From assembly GCF_001194135.2 (NCBI RefSeq), contig NC_068991.1, positions 43,589,018 to 43,653,017 of the forward strand: 64,000 nt of DNA, written 5' to 3'. This stretch comes from Octopus bimaculoides (Eukaryota). The notes beneath the pieces were generated by a model. It did no database searches and was not told the DNA's origin. It saw nothing but the letters and a program-made list of their open reading frames with translations. A program made the translations under genes and the position numbers. Each line of letters opens with the position of its first letter. Positions within the stretch are counted from its first letter, which is position 1. This document shows, one piece after another, positions 13,852 through 25,736 of this stretch.

Positions 13852-14146
13852 TTACTGCTTGGAATTGGACTCAGAATCTTGGGGTTAGTAGCCCGCACTC
13901 TTAACCACTACACCATATGCCCATAGGCATATGGTGTAGTGGTGGGCTACTAGCCCTAAGATTCTGAGTTTGATTCCAAGCAGTGACCTGAATAATAATA
14001 ATAATAACATTGAAAAATACCTTAGGAATGAGAACCCAGGTTTCAAATTTCCCCAAGACACCTGATGAAGGCTTGGAGGGTATATCAGCCAAAACGTGTT
14101 AACAACAAACAAGATGAGGACAAATATCCATCAAATGTAAATAATG
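13635..14146. mobile_element. Palindromic (head-to-head) tRNA-headed retroelement with Penelope-like hammerhead-type motif in each arm
   Basis: Arms ~13665-13921 and 13926-14147 are reverse complements around the centre CCATATGCC-CATA-GGCATATGG. Each arm has A/B-box-like sequence, (AAT)n, and GACAC-CTGATGA...CAGCC-(G/A)AAA. Flanked by the direct repeat TGATATTACTGTA (13622-13634 and 14147-14159). Confidence 0.85.
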
Positions 14147-14429
14147 TGATATTACTGTAATTGTGAGACACAGGGTTGCACTTACTCTGACATTCACCAA
14201 GCATTATTGCCAATCTATAGGCAAAATACACAAATGGAAGGTTTCAAATGGAATGAAAATCTTCCTTCAACTAATAAATATTGGTAAAGTGACACCTGTT
14301 GTATATATGTGTATATTTTATTAGCTAGATCTGGAGGAAGGAGTAGTACCTTCACAGGTCTTCCCAGACAGGTAAGACTGATGCTGTTAATGATTTGTCT
14401 TAACTGATACAAATCAAGAACTGCAAGAA

Positions 14430-14800
14430 AGATGTGCAAGGGAAAGGATTGAGAGTAGTGTAGGACTTAGTAGAGAAGAGAATACAAGCTGCATGGTGAG
14501 GAGAAATGGGTGAATGAGCAGTGGCTAAATGAGACAAGCTAGCCTCAAAGAGCAGAGGCCATTATAGTAGTGGTAGAAAAGGCAGAGAGGGGAAAGACAG
14601 CACAATGGTTGTCCATAGCATGTCAGTGAGTGATTTTAAGCATATAATTGACTTTTCTCTGGATGCAGTCAAGGACGTTTCTGCGACTGTGTAGCAACAG
14701 TACTGACCCGGATCTATGAGCAGTATTCCATTGTAAGCCTTACTTTGTAGAGAACTGGTAATTGTTGGGAGATGAAGTATTTTCTAGTTTTATTACAGGT
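14430..14800 (-). mobile_element. CR1/L2-group LINE, 3' RT fragment
   Basis: Minus-strand LYKVRLTMEYCS*I...LHPEK...VLSFPSLPFLPLL region, resembling LYKAQVRPxMEYCSHIW...LDxIQRKA...SLFYRYYxGxCS. Confidence 0.6.
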
Positions 14801-15249
14801 ATTGTTTATGAAAAGAGATCTTCAGTAAATGAACCCAAGCACTTGGAGTGATTGCAAGGGCTAAATTTGTGTGATTCAGCCCCCCACCCCCTACTAAATC
14901 TATACAAAGTTCAGAATAGGCTTACAATAGAGTTCCACATATGGATGGTGCTGTTGCTACATACATACACATATCACACAAATACATAAATTTATATTAA
15001 TGAAAGGTGTCATAGAGTAGAAGAGATTCGATATAATTTACCAAGTCCATGCTGTAAAGTAGTTGGTGATAAGAGTTTTCATCCATAAAATTCCTGACAT
15101 ACATAACAGACAATTGGTTTGTCAGATAACAAAGGACTGTACTGAGTAGTGAGACTTGTTCAATCCACACCAGAGTGAAAAAATAAATATAAAATGATGA
15201 TGATATGCAGTTTATTTGGAAGAAATTATTCCCCCAAGAAGCTTCTTAA

Positions 15250-15455
15250 CCCTTATATTACCATATTTCTGTTGAAATACATTATTTTGAAAATAATAAA
15301 AAATTTAGTAAAATAACTGTCAATTATTAAGCTGACATGTAAAACATAAATTAACATGAAATTTTGACAGAAGGCTTTCATTTAGATCACTTTAAAACAG
15401 GAAGTTTGTCTCATAGAAACAGGAGGTGGTCTCAGGTTGGTTGGTATCAAAAGGG
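15250..15455. mobile_element. piggyBac-like MITE, family A (further degenerate copies ~44180-44405 and ~59175-59310)
   Basis: TTAA|CCCTTATATTACCA ... TGGTATCAAAAGGG|TA, a CCCTT-type TIR with TTAA on the left. The internal sequence recurs at 44.2 kb and 59.2 kb. Confidence 0.6.
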
Positions 15456-18349
15456 TATGTATCATTGAGAAATGTTTGGAGAAGAATATGCTGAAATTTT
15501 CAGTGACAATTAAATGAAAAGCATGTAAAGTGAATGCTAAAACACCACTGTGACCTATAAAATCAATGCCAGAGGTAAAGAAATTTAGTTAAAAACCTGT
15601 GGCAGCTCTTAGCAGTACAAAGATTACTGATATAGTATTGATATAAAGTCCTGATATACATCTTAATTAGTTGAGAAAAAAATTGAGTAATGTAACTGGA
15701 GTCACAATGATAGAAGTTTCTTCATGGACACTGGGAGTTTTAATGAGAAAATGAAAAAAAATTAATTTTAAATGAGATTAATTATAATATTGGGTTAGTA
15801 ACATGGTATGGGTATAAACTAGCAATATAATACTTTGTAGGAGAGGAGGAATGAAATATTGGCTAGATGATAGAAAAGTGATCTTACAAGAATGAAAAAT
15901 ATGTATATCTTAGATAAGGATATATATTTGTCAGACTTTCATGAAACAAGATTATGCAAAATTAAACACTGATCATGATTATAAAATAGGATGGTCACAT
16001 GCATAATACTCAGTGTCTTGGGTAACTTATTTTTTGTTTTTTAAATCAAATACATTTCATTTAGCTTACATTAATCTTTGCTAGTGTAGTATGGTGTATA
16101 ATGAGCTCTTTGACCAGAGGAAAATTTAATCTAATGAAGGATTATTTAGGTTTCAAAAAGAAATTGTAATTGATGACTCATAACTATATACATATACCAA
16201 GATGGACAACTCAGGCACTAAGAAGGACAACTCCTCATACACTTCAATTAGAAATTTTAATTTATATACACTGAATTAATAAGGCAGGGAAGACTGTTGA
16301 TTGCACTGATTTATTTCCCCCAGTTCTCCAAACCAAGAAACCCTTCCCATGCTATAGACGGCACTCAAGTTTGAGCATATCCATCAAAACAAACTATTTC
16401 TCTTTACTTCCTGCACATGCAAGAATATGTAGTAAGAATGTCCATTCTTAAAAAAAATATTAATAAATCTTTGAACAACCCTTGCAGGAACTAATAGCAA
16501 CTTTGCATGTGGAGAACCCAGTTCGCTTTCTCTAATCATTACAGGACACTTGCACAGCTTAAACTCTGAAACTTTTTTACACCAAACTTAAGTAAAAGAA
16601 AAAAAATGTTTGTATTATTTTTACAAATGAAATAGAACATGCAAATCATAAATTATTTTATTTTTGATAAGAAAAACATGATTTCTATGAAAATTGAATT
16701 GAGAAGTAATTGGCTCCACAAAGTACATTACTATCAAACATTTTACCAAGTCCAGCAATGAAAAGTATAAACTTGCTCCATGAATTTGCAGTAAAAAAAA
16801 AAAATGTCAAAAAATCATATTTAATGTTTCTGGTCTAAATTTCTTCTATTTCCCCTGATCATAAATAAATATATTTAAACATGTCTGACTTGGCTAATGT
16901 AGTATATTTAACCAAACATATTTGATACCAAATTATGTATACAATTTGTGTAACACATTCAACCTAATGTATTTCATTCAATAAATGTCAAGATAGCTTG
17001 TGCTACATGAAAATCAATGGAGGTTTTTAGTATGATCAAAAAAAGTACAGACCAACATATGTAAAAAATATATCGGATCAGATATAGAAGTTTTACAAAA
17101 CTTTTAAAAGATTTTTTTTAAACATTTAAAGAAGTTATTGATTTCCTCCGGAGTTTCTAAAACACAACAAAGATAATGAAATCATAAGGTTGTTTTTCTA
17201 AAAAACAGAAAATTTATAAATACATTTCCAGTCTTGTTTATAATAAAAGGTTAAATGTTGTTGCATTTATATTTTACTAACAAATAAACATGATGTTCAA
17301 TCACTATTAAATTTATGTGGATAATGAATTGTCAAAATGAAATAACTTAGTTATCCTACATATTGTGAAACAAATAATGGATTGATAACATTTTAAATTT
17401 ACAGTTGAAAGAAACATTCATTAGTTGGATTTTATATTTTCAGCAGTTTGAAAATTTTAAAGCTGATATAATTTTTTTGTTGTTTTTCTTTTTAGAATAA
17501 CCCTAGACTGACTGCAATGGGAAAATACAAACTTGTGATAACTATTCTTTAAAGGGCATAAATATTCCAGGTAGGAACTGAAACTTAGTGGTAAACACCT
17601 GCCACAATTGTTTTTTTAATTATTTTTTTAAAATGGATTCAAAGCCTTGGAATAAGTTGAATGAGATTATGTAATGCTCTTAGCTTTTGAAAGATGTTAG
17701 CAACATAAGCCTACTAGTCTCTGCTGGGAATTAAAAATGGATTGCTGGCCTGGTCTGTCAGAGAATGTAAGTCCCACCACCACCACTGTTGCTGCTGCCA
17801 CCACCACCGCCACCTAAACAGGCATTTTTTACATAGATATGGTGACTAACAATTATCATGGACATGAAAAACTCATATGAATTCATGCAACAATATTAAG
17901 CATAACAAGTAATGCTAAATTCTGTCAGAATTGAAACCTTGTCACTGATTACATTTATCCTGAACTTACTTTTGTAACTTTGCCTTAGCCTGCAACAATA
18001 ATAGTTATAGCTAAATTAATAATGCTTTACCTAATTTTGATGATTGAGACTTACAGGAGGTGGGGGGGATGAAAAAGTTTTGATATTTATACCTTTGCAA
18101 AAACAATCAACTGATTTGGGGATTTATTACTATATAAAAGTGCCTGCCAATGATTATCTGATGATGATGTGATAATATGCTGTTTATTTTTAGCATGTTA
18201 CTGCTACCCTGGTATGGAAGAAGATGAGAGCTAGTTACTAACTGCAAAAGTTAGTAACTGGCTCTAACTGTCTGCTGTTCATAGACAATTTGAAGCTTTA
18301 TAAAGCTAGCAGAGGTCAATTGAACTCCTTGATTCAGGCCGCAAGAATT

Positions 18350-19650
18350 TTCCCACATGACATCCAGATAAATGCATTGTTCTTGAACCGAGGAGAGGGT
18401 AAAAACATAAGAAGCAGTGGATTAGAACTCCCATATAATGAATGTATAAGTGAATGGAGAAGTAAATAAGTATCTTACTATTTTATAGGCCAAATGATGA
18501 ACATCAAGATGAAGGGAAAGATTTCTTCTGAGTATACCAGAAGAGTGAAAAAAAGCTATGTAGATTGAAGCTAAGTGAAGAAAACCTGATCAGAGGCATC
18601 AACACTTGGGCTGTAAGGAGGGTATGCTATTGTGCAGTAGTTGTGGAATAGATAAAAGAGCATAGACAAGAAAAAGAAGATAATGGCCATGAATGAGTCC
18701 TTTCATTCTAGAAGTAATATAGCCAGACTTTACCTACCTAGGAATGTAGAAGAGGTTTGGTTGGAATAGAGGACAGAGTTATGATGGAAACTAAGTCCTT
18801 GCATGCCTATCTTAGAGATAGTGATGAAAAATGTTGCAGGCTGCACCGAGTGAGAGAGTGATCAGTGACAATGGTGAGACTCTCCAAGAGTACAAACTGA
18901 GGACTAATGAAGAAAAAAAAATCATCAACTGGAAAGAGAAAGTCCTATGCAGAGTTTTCCCAACAAACAGTGAATGAAGCTGATGAAAAATCTTCGATGT
19001 GGTTATGACATGGATTTAAAAAAAAAAGGAAACAAGGATTGATCCTTGCTGCTCAAGAACAAGCTTTATGAACCACTTCAATCAAGTGCAGCATTGATAG
19101 AACAGCAGAAAAAAGTAGATTATATGAAAAATCATCTAAGACATATAATTAGTACATGCTCAAAATAGCATTGTGAAAACACTGGGAGTTATGTAAAAAG
19201 TATGGATTAGAATGTCCAACAAGTGATACAAGCATCAACCTTTGCCAATAGCAAAAAATGATCAGGTGAAATTCATGTGGGATATGTCTATCTATACAGA
19301 TAAGAAACTGCAACATAACCAACCAAATATCACTCACCTATGGAAGGAGTCCAAATAATGGACCTCCATTGACATAGCAATGCTGGCAAATCAGAATATT
19401 GTGAAGACAGAGAATGAAAAAGTTGAAAAGTATCAAGACCTAGCATTGGAAGTGAAATGCAATCATAGAGTGCAAATGTGAGTGTAATCATGATTGATGC
19501 ACTTGGGACCATCTCAAAGAAATCAGTGTTTTGGCATGGAAAAATGAAAATACCAAACTTCATTGTGTTGAGAAAAGTGTTGAATCTCAAAGTTGTGGGA
19601 AGAAGCTGAGATATGACATAGATAACTCAGGAAAAGAAAAAGGGATAATA
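18350..19650 (+). mobile_element. Degenerate RLE-type non-LTR retrotransposon (R4/Dong-like): late RT, CCHC and restriction-like endonuclease
   Basis: DKCIVL..RG...SGLELP; KYLTIL; LIRGINTWAV; HIISTCSK (CCHC remnant); TDKKLQHNQPNI...IDIAMLANQNIVKTENEKVEKYQDLALE...DALGTI (PD..D..K RLE motif). Many stops and frameshifts. Confidence 0.8.
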
Positions 19651-20814
19651 ATAATGATTTCTAAAATGGGTGCAAGGCCATGCATTTTTGGGAAAGGAAA
19701 TCACACTTAGCAGCTGATGGGTATTTATTTTATTGATACAAGAAAGATGAAAGGCGAAGGTGGGTTTTGAACTTAGAATGTAAAGGGTTGGAAGAAAACA
19801 CTACAATGCATTTATCTAATGTTTTACTGTTTCTATCATTCACTACCTTAATAATAAAGTTTGCTTCCCAACAGCAGGTTTTCGAATTCAATCCCACAGC
19901 ATAGTACCTTAGGCATGTGTCTTCTACTATAGCTCCAGGTCAAGTATATATATATATATATTTATATATTCACAAGGTTTATCATCATATCATTGCTTAA
20001 TGTCAGATTTCCATGTTGACATGGGCTGGGTGGTTTGACAGGAGCCAACGAGCCACATTACTATGCCAAGCTCCAATGTCTGCTTTTGTATGGTTGTATG
20101 TCCTCACTAATACCAAGCACTTCAGAGAATGCTAGGTACTTTTTATGTGTGGCACCAGCACTAGTGAAGTCAGCAAGTAACTCAAGAAAAGACCCCTGAA
20201 CTAAGGGAAGATGTAGCATATACAAACACACACACACACATGTATATGTTAAGTTGCTCTTGTGCTACTGGTGATATGTAACCTAATACAACTTGTTGCA
20301 TGGTTAGGTCACTGGCACATTAACTGGCAACTCCAACAAGCTTGCTTGGTGAGGAGGGGGATTTTGGGACTTCTGTAGGATGAAAAACAAAACCCATTAA
20401 AGGGCAGTGGAACACAGGAGTGTCAATGGTCATCCAATATAGTCAAGGGTATATGGTACTCACCAGTTATAGTGAAAACAATCCATCTCTAAAATAAAAA
20501 CCATTCAGTGAGGGCTTACAACCAGCTGATACTGTTTTGCACAGAAAAAATTATGACATGATGTTATCGTTTTGTCTATGGATAACTGATAAAAAAAAAA
20601 ATAATATATACTTATGTGTGAGTGTGTATACATTTGGGTCTCCTTGCTTTGACAACATGTGACAGTGTCATTAATATCAAATATTTTGCACAAGCATGTC
20701 TGGCACTCGGAAACAAGTGAAAGTTGGTAACAGGAAGGGCATCTAGCTACAGAAAATCTGCTTCAATAAATTTTGTCCAACCCATGCAAATATGAGAAAA
20801 TGGATACCTGTTGA

Positions 20815-21290
20815 GGCAAGTGAAATCAAAATCGAATTAAATTTGACGACTGGCACCCATGCCAATGTCGTCTCCTTCATTGGAAACAAAACTCAACTTG
20901 CGAAGACCTATTGGGGCAAGCAAAAGCGAAACCGTCAATGGCACCTGTGCCCAGCATCGCGCCTTCCTGGCACGTGTAAAGACATTCGAGCGAGATCGTT
21001 GCCAGTGCTGCTGAACTGGCTCCTGTGCAGGTGGCACGTAAAATACACTATTTTGAGTGTGGCTGTTACCAGTACCGCCTGACTGGCCTTCGTGCCGGTG
21101 GCACGTAAAAGCACCTACTATACTCTCGGAGTGGTTGGCGTTAGGAAGGGCATCCAGCTGTAGAAACTCTGCCAAATCAGATTGGAGCCTGGTGTAGCCA
21201 TCTGGTTTCACCAGTCCTCAGTCAAATCGTCCAACCCATGCTAGCATGGAAAGCGGACATTAAACGATGACGATGATGATGATGATGATG
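20815..21290 (+). mobile_element. Young (GAT)n-tailed SINE/retroposon inserted at the tail of an older related copy (20690-20810)
   Basis: Ends ...CCAACCCATGCTAGCATGGAAAGCGGACATTAAAC(GAT)n. Internal GGCACGT subrepeats, CpGs intact. Near-identical inverted copy at 47419-47614. Confidence 0.85.
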
Positions 21291-21294
21291 TTTT

Positions 21295-22110
21295 TAATTT
21301 AGGCACGAAGCCAGCAATTACGAAAGGAAGAATTAGTCAATATACCATTGACTCCAGTACATGACTGGTACTTTATTTTATCAACTTCAGAGAGATAAAA
21401 AGCAAAGCTGACCATTGCTGGATGTGAAAAAGAAATGAGAGAAATACTGCAAGACATTTTGCCTGACACTAACAATTCTGCCAGCTTGTTGCCTTAATAA
21501 ATAATAATCGTTTCAAATTTTTGGCACAAGGCCAGCAGTGTTTTTTTTTTCATTTGAGGGAATGGATATCAATTGATTGTACTGACCAAGTACTTGACTG
21601 GTACTATATTTCAGTGACCTTGAAAGGGTGAAAAGCAAAATGATCTCAGTGGTATTTGAAGTGAGAATGTAAGGAGCTGGAAAAAATGCTGTCTTAGCAT
21701 TTTCTTCTTATGCACTACTGATTTTGCCAATTCTCTGTCTCCATGATAATAATGGTTTCAAATTTTGGCACAAGGCCAGCAACTTCAGAGTGGGGGTAAG
21801 CTGATTAGATTGACTCCAGTAATTAACTGGTACTACTTTTATCAACCCTGAAAGGGTGAAAGGTAAAGTTAACTTCAGAACACATAAATAGAGACAAAAT
21901 ACTGCTAAGCATTTTGCCTGGCATGGTAATGGTTCTGCCAGCTCGCTGCCTTAATAATAATAAAAATCCTTTCTACTATAGGCACAAGGCCTGAAATTTG
22001 GGGAGAAGGGACTAGTCAATTATATCAACCCCAGTGTTTCGCTGGTACTTAATTTATTGACCCTGAAAAGATGAAAGGCAAAGTCAACCTCCGTGGTATT
22101 TCAACTTTAC
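21295..22110 (-). mobile_element. Four head-to-tail degenerate SINE copies with a CCTTTCATCCTTTC..GATAAA..AGTACCAG core
   Basis: The motif AATTT(T)GGCAC(A)AGGCC...CTGGTACT...GA(T/G)GAAAGGCAAAG repeats at about 21295, 21505, 21755 and 21965; the later copies are preceded by (TAA)n. Confidence 0.75.
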
Positions 22111-22467
22111 TAATAATAAATTGGTCCTTTTTATATCATGGTGGAGGTGGTGGCAGTAATAGTGGTGAAGTGTTTCAATGGTACTAAATCACTGGCAGGA
22201 CAAAAGGCTTAGTTGACTCTGGAAGGATATAAAATCAGAAAGAAGTCTAAAACTTTATTGTAAGACATTTTGTATAATATTCTGGGAACTTGAGTATCTA
22301 GCTGATGTAATGATAACAGTTGAAAAACAGAAAACCCAACTTATAGCTAGTTGAGACAGAATATGTCTTCCTCATGTGGCTGTAAAGAATAAAGGGGTTG
22401 GGGGAATCAAAGCAAAAGAGAATTGGAATCATAACAGGATTCGATGTATTATTTTGCAAAGGATGTT

Positions 22468-22499
<32 letters not shown>

Positions 22500-22844
22500 G
22501 TGTGTGTGTGTGTGTAGAGAGAGAAGAGGAAAAGAAAAAATACAGAAATCTTAGCATATAATTATATTTAGAGACACAATCAGATGTCAAGTAAAAAAGA
22601 AAATATATATATTTTTTGGTCACCATCAGCTTAATACTTAAGACAAACTAAGTCAGTTTCGACTGACAGTAGTCTGTGGAGGCAGTTCTAATATACTAGT
22701 ATCGTAAATGATCTTTCACATTTGCACAGATCAATCTATGGCTACCCTTTAGTATCAGAAAAGTAAGTCTTCAGTAAAGAAACACAGAGTAGGAAGATTG
22801 AGAAATGTGAGAATGTGTTTAAATGTAACTGTACATTCCATGCA

Positions 22845-23027
22845 AGTATATACATATACATATATATACATATATACGTATATACACATATATATATACA
22901 TACATACAGATATATATATACATACATACATACATACATACACACACATACATATATACATACACATACATATATACATACATACATATATATATATATA
23001 CACATACATATACACATACATACATAC

Positions 23028-23060
<33 letters not shown>
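22845..23060. repeat. Compound (TA)n/(TACA)n microsatellite
   Basis: Directly visible. Confidence 0.95.
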
Positions 23061-23061
<1 letters not shown>

Positions 23062-23194
23062 GTTTTCGACCTAGTTTGGATTCTTTGCCATCAAATTTGA
23101 ATTCTTTGCAATGAAATATGAATCCTTTGCAATCAAATTTGATGGCAAAGAATTCAAATTTGATGACAAATAATCCAAACTAGATCAAAAACAT
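23060..23194. mobile_element. Foldback MITE (~135 bp, ~50-bp TIRs) embedded in a (TA)n microsatellite
   Basis: Left ATGTTTTCGACCTAGTTTGGATTCTTTGCCATCAAATTTGAATTCTTTGC versus reverse complement of right ATGTTTTTGATCTAGTTTGGATTATTTGTCATCAAATTTGAATTCTTTGC (4 mismatches). Confidence 0.8.
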
Positions 23195-25541
23195 CTATAT
23201 ATATNNNNNNNNNNNNNNNNNNNNNNNNNNNNNNNNNNNNNNNNNNNNNNNNNNNNNNNNNNNNNNNATATATATATATATATATATATATGGTAACACA
23301 TCAGATAACATTAATTAGTTTTTATATATGTATAGATATATTTAGCCATATTGAAAAATAATTTTTCACACACACACACATGTAACACAAGGTTGTATTG
23401 AGCACATTTTTGATTTTAATAAACAAATACAGGCACAATTTTGCCATATGTGATTCTGACAGTAGCAAAGTTGAATCAGAACCAGTTTGACTAAAATTAC
23501 GATCCCCTAGTTGTCACGCATGCATGGTCTCTCTAAGAGTCTAAGAACAATATTATATTAGAAAAATGCTCAATATATATTCTTATCTATGATTAGTATA
23601 GAGATTTTATGAGTACATATACATACATATGTAAACAATGTACCTAGGGTACAGTACAGGACATTTCTCAAAGCCAGTCTGTGAAAGAGACATTAAACTA
23701 CCCCTTCCATTTGGAGACTCAAAGTGGCACTTTGGGCAAGTACTTGCAATCTCTCATCCACACCAGGGTTATTATGGGAAAGCTCAAAATCTGAGAAAGC
23801 AGAATGAGCTGTGACAGCTGATCATGGATACAACACTTTGGTACTTTGAATCATCTTGGACTCCTAACCGTCAGAACAAGGTATCTCACTGTCATGATCA
23901 TGAAATCATGAAAGGAAACTGATGTACTACATGATAATCAAAGCCAAACAGGTGTCCCCCAGATCATGAATGCTGCATTGGTATACAAGAGCATGTATGG
24001 ATCCATGGAAAGTGGATAATCATCAACTCTAGAAAGATTGGTGATGTCACTGACCTAGCTAGACACACATACACACACACACAGACTTGATTTAAATATC
24101 AAGTTCTCTGTACCCCAGTAAAGATAGTCTTACAATGAAAAAAAATCACTGGTTGAAAGGTAGTTGCCACTATGAAAGGTGTTGTTGGTAGATGTACTTT
24201 TGAAAATAACCTGTAGAAGACACCAGTGCAGGAATTACAGGATATTAAAAGGGTGCCATTGTACTTTGTTCCATTGAAACAAGATTTATTATGAAACAGA
24301 GGAGCCAACTATGCTGCTAGTAGATTTGAACATGCAACGGTTAATTTTGTTTTATATCTATATATCTACCTATCTATCTATCTAGGTAGATAGATATGTA
24401 TTTTGAAATAATTATCTTTTTTTTACATAGATGTGTTGATTAATAATAGTAACTGGATTTCACCAAGAAAAAGGAAAAATATAGTAGAACAGAAAGAAAA
24501 AAAAAAACCAATATTTAGACAAAAAAAAAAAGAAAGAAAGAAAAATACAAACATACATGCATTCACATCTCAAAATTCTTAAAAATCAGACAAACACTGA
24601 TGAAGATAATTTCTTCAAGATACATGGTGAACCCCACCTCAAAATAATAATGATAATAATAATAATAATGATAATAATAGTTTCTAATATGGGCACAAGA
24701 CAACAACTTTTGGGGGACTGGGACTTATTTTTTGATTCTGGGAAGATATAATAATAATAATGATGATGATGATGATGATGATGATGATATTTCATTCATA
24801 GGTCTCAGATTTCTAAGGAAAAGGCAGGGAATGGAAAGTTGTAGTGTTTATGGCACCAGAAGTGTATTAGTGATATAAGTTAAAGCAGTTCCAAGTGGAA
24901 ACTGAAACTAAATATGAGTCGGTCCACTTAGAACTTTATCACTACACAATGGTGACCATTATCACCACCACCACAACAACAACAACAATAATAACAATAC
25001 TAAGAAAAGTTATGGAAACAAAGATATGTATTTCAAGAGGTATCATTTACTCAGAATGAGTTAACATGTAGGTTACAGTTAGCCACTCTTGGACGTTTTC
25101 TGATATTTAGTTTGGTCGAGTAGCAATAAAACAAAACATGAAATGGATGAGGAGGAGGGGGCCCAGATACCAATACAGTATTGAAGCAGGTCACATGATG
25201 AGATTTCAGCTAAGGACCCAGAGCCTGAAGTTTGATATAGTCGTGTCTGTCCTTTTTTTGTTCATTCTCTAATAGCTATGAATTAATAAATCTTACATAG
25301 ATACAGTGGGTCAGTATATACAGTTGGAGATATACATACATGCACACACACTCACACACACACATTACATTTTGTACTTTTCTACATGTACACACAGGTC
25401 ACACCCAGTCCTGCCAAATGGCTTTCTCACATGTAAGTGTGCACATGCTTCTATATAAATATCTATGTACAATCATTTTGTCCAATAGAAACATCAGCTC
25501 CTTTTGTAACACTCTTTCTATCAGTTATCATCATCACCATC

Positions 25542-25585
<44 letters not shown>

Positions 25586-25730
25586 TTATTTGGCACTGCT
25601 TAAGAAGGAAGAAGTCCATAACTTTGAGGACCTATGGCAGGCAATGTCTTTTAGAAGGACTGTACACATACAAATGGTATTGTAGAAATTTTAAAAAAAA
25701 TGATTATGTGCTAGGAGGTCTGCACATCAA

Positions 25731-25736
25731 TTTATT
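25731..25736 (-). terminator. Candidate DESI2 polyadenylation signal (AATAAA)
   Basis: TTTATT on + about 300 nt past the stop, followed on the minus strand by a U-rich tract (25691-25700). A second AATAAA lies at 26029-26024. Confidence 0.35.

Noticed and set aside
13926-13990. tRNA gene
   Set aside because: tRNA-like SINE head with an internal deletion and no complete acceptor stem. The other A/B-box sites in the window are also SINE heads.
17760-17830. Minus-strand Gly-rich mini-exon (GGGGGSSNSGGGGTYIL*)
   Set aside because: Degenerate (CCA/GCT)n trinucleotide repeat with no partner exons.
20837-21211. Near-identical peptides MKPDGYTRLQSDLAEFLQLDALPNANH here and MQPDGYTRLQSNLAEF at 47487
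   Set aside because: Antisense frames of two young copies of the same SINE, not a duplicated gene.
21295-22110. CRISPR-like repeat-spacer array
   Set aside because: Eukaryotic context, ~200-230-bp degenerate units, no cas genes; these are stacked SINEs.
22648-22700. GTCAGT-TTCG-ACTGAC hairpin plus CTAGT as a Helitron 3' end
   Set aside because: Only 6 bp, spacing to CTAG is ~30 nt, and no matching 5' end was found.
22742-23114. Y/I/H/T/M/C/V-rich ORFs (also 4564-4890, 8292-8534, 61072-61401)
   Set aside because: Translations of (TA)n/(CA)n microsatellites.
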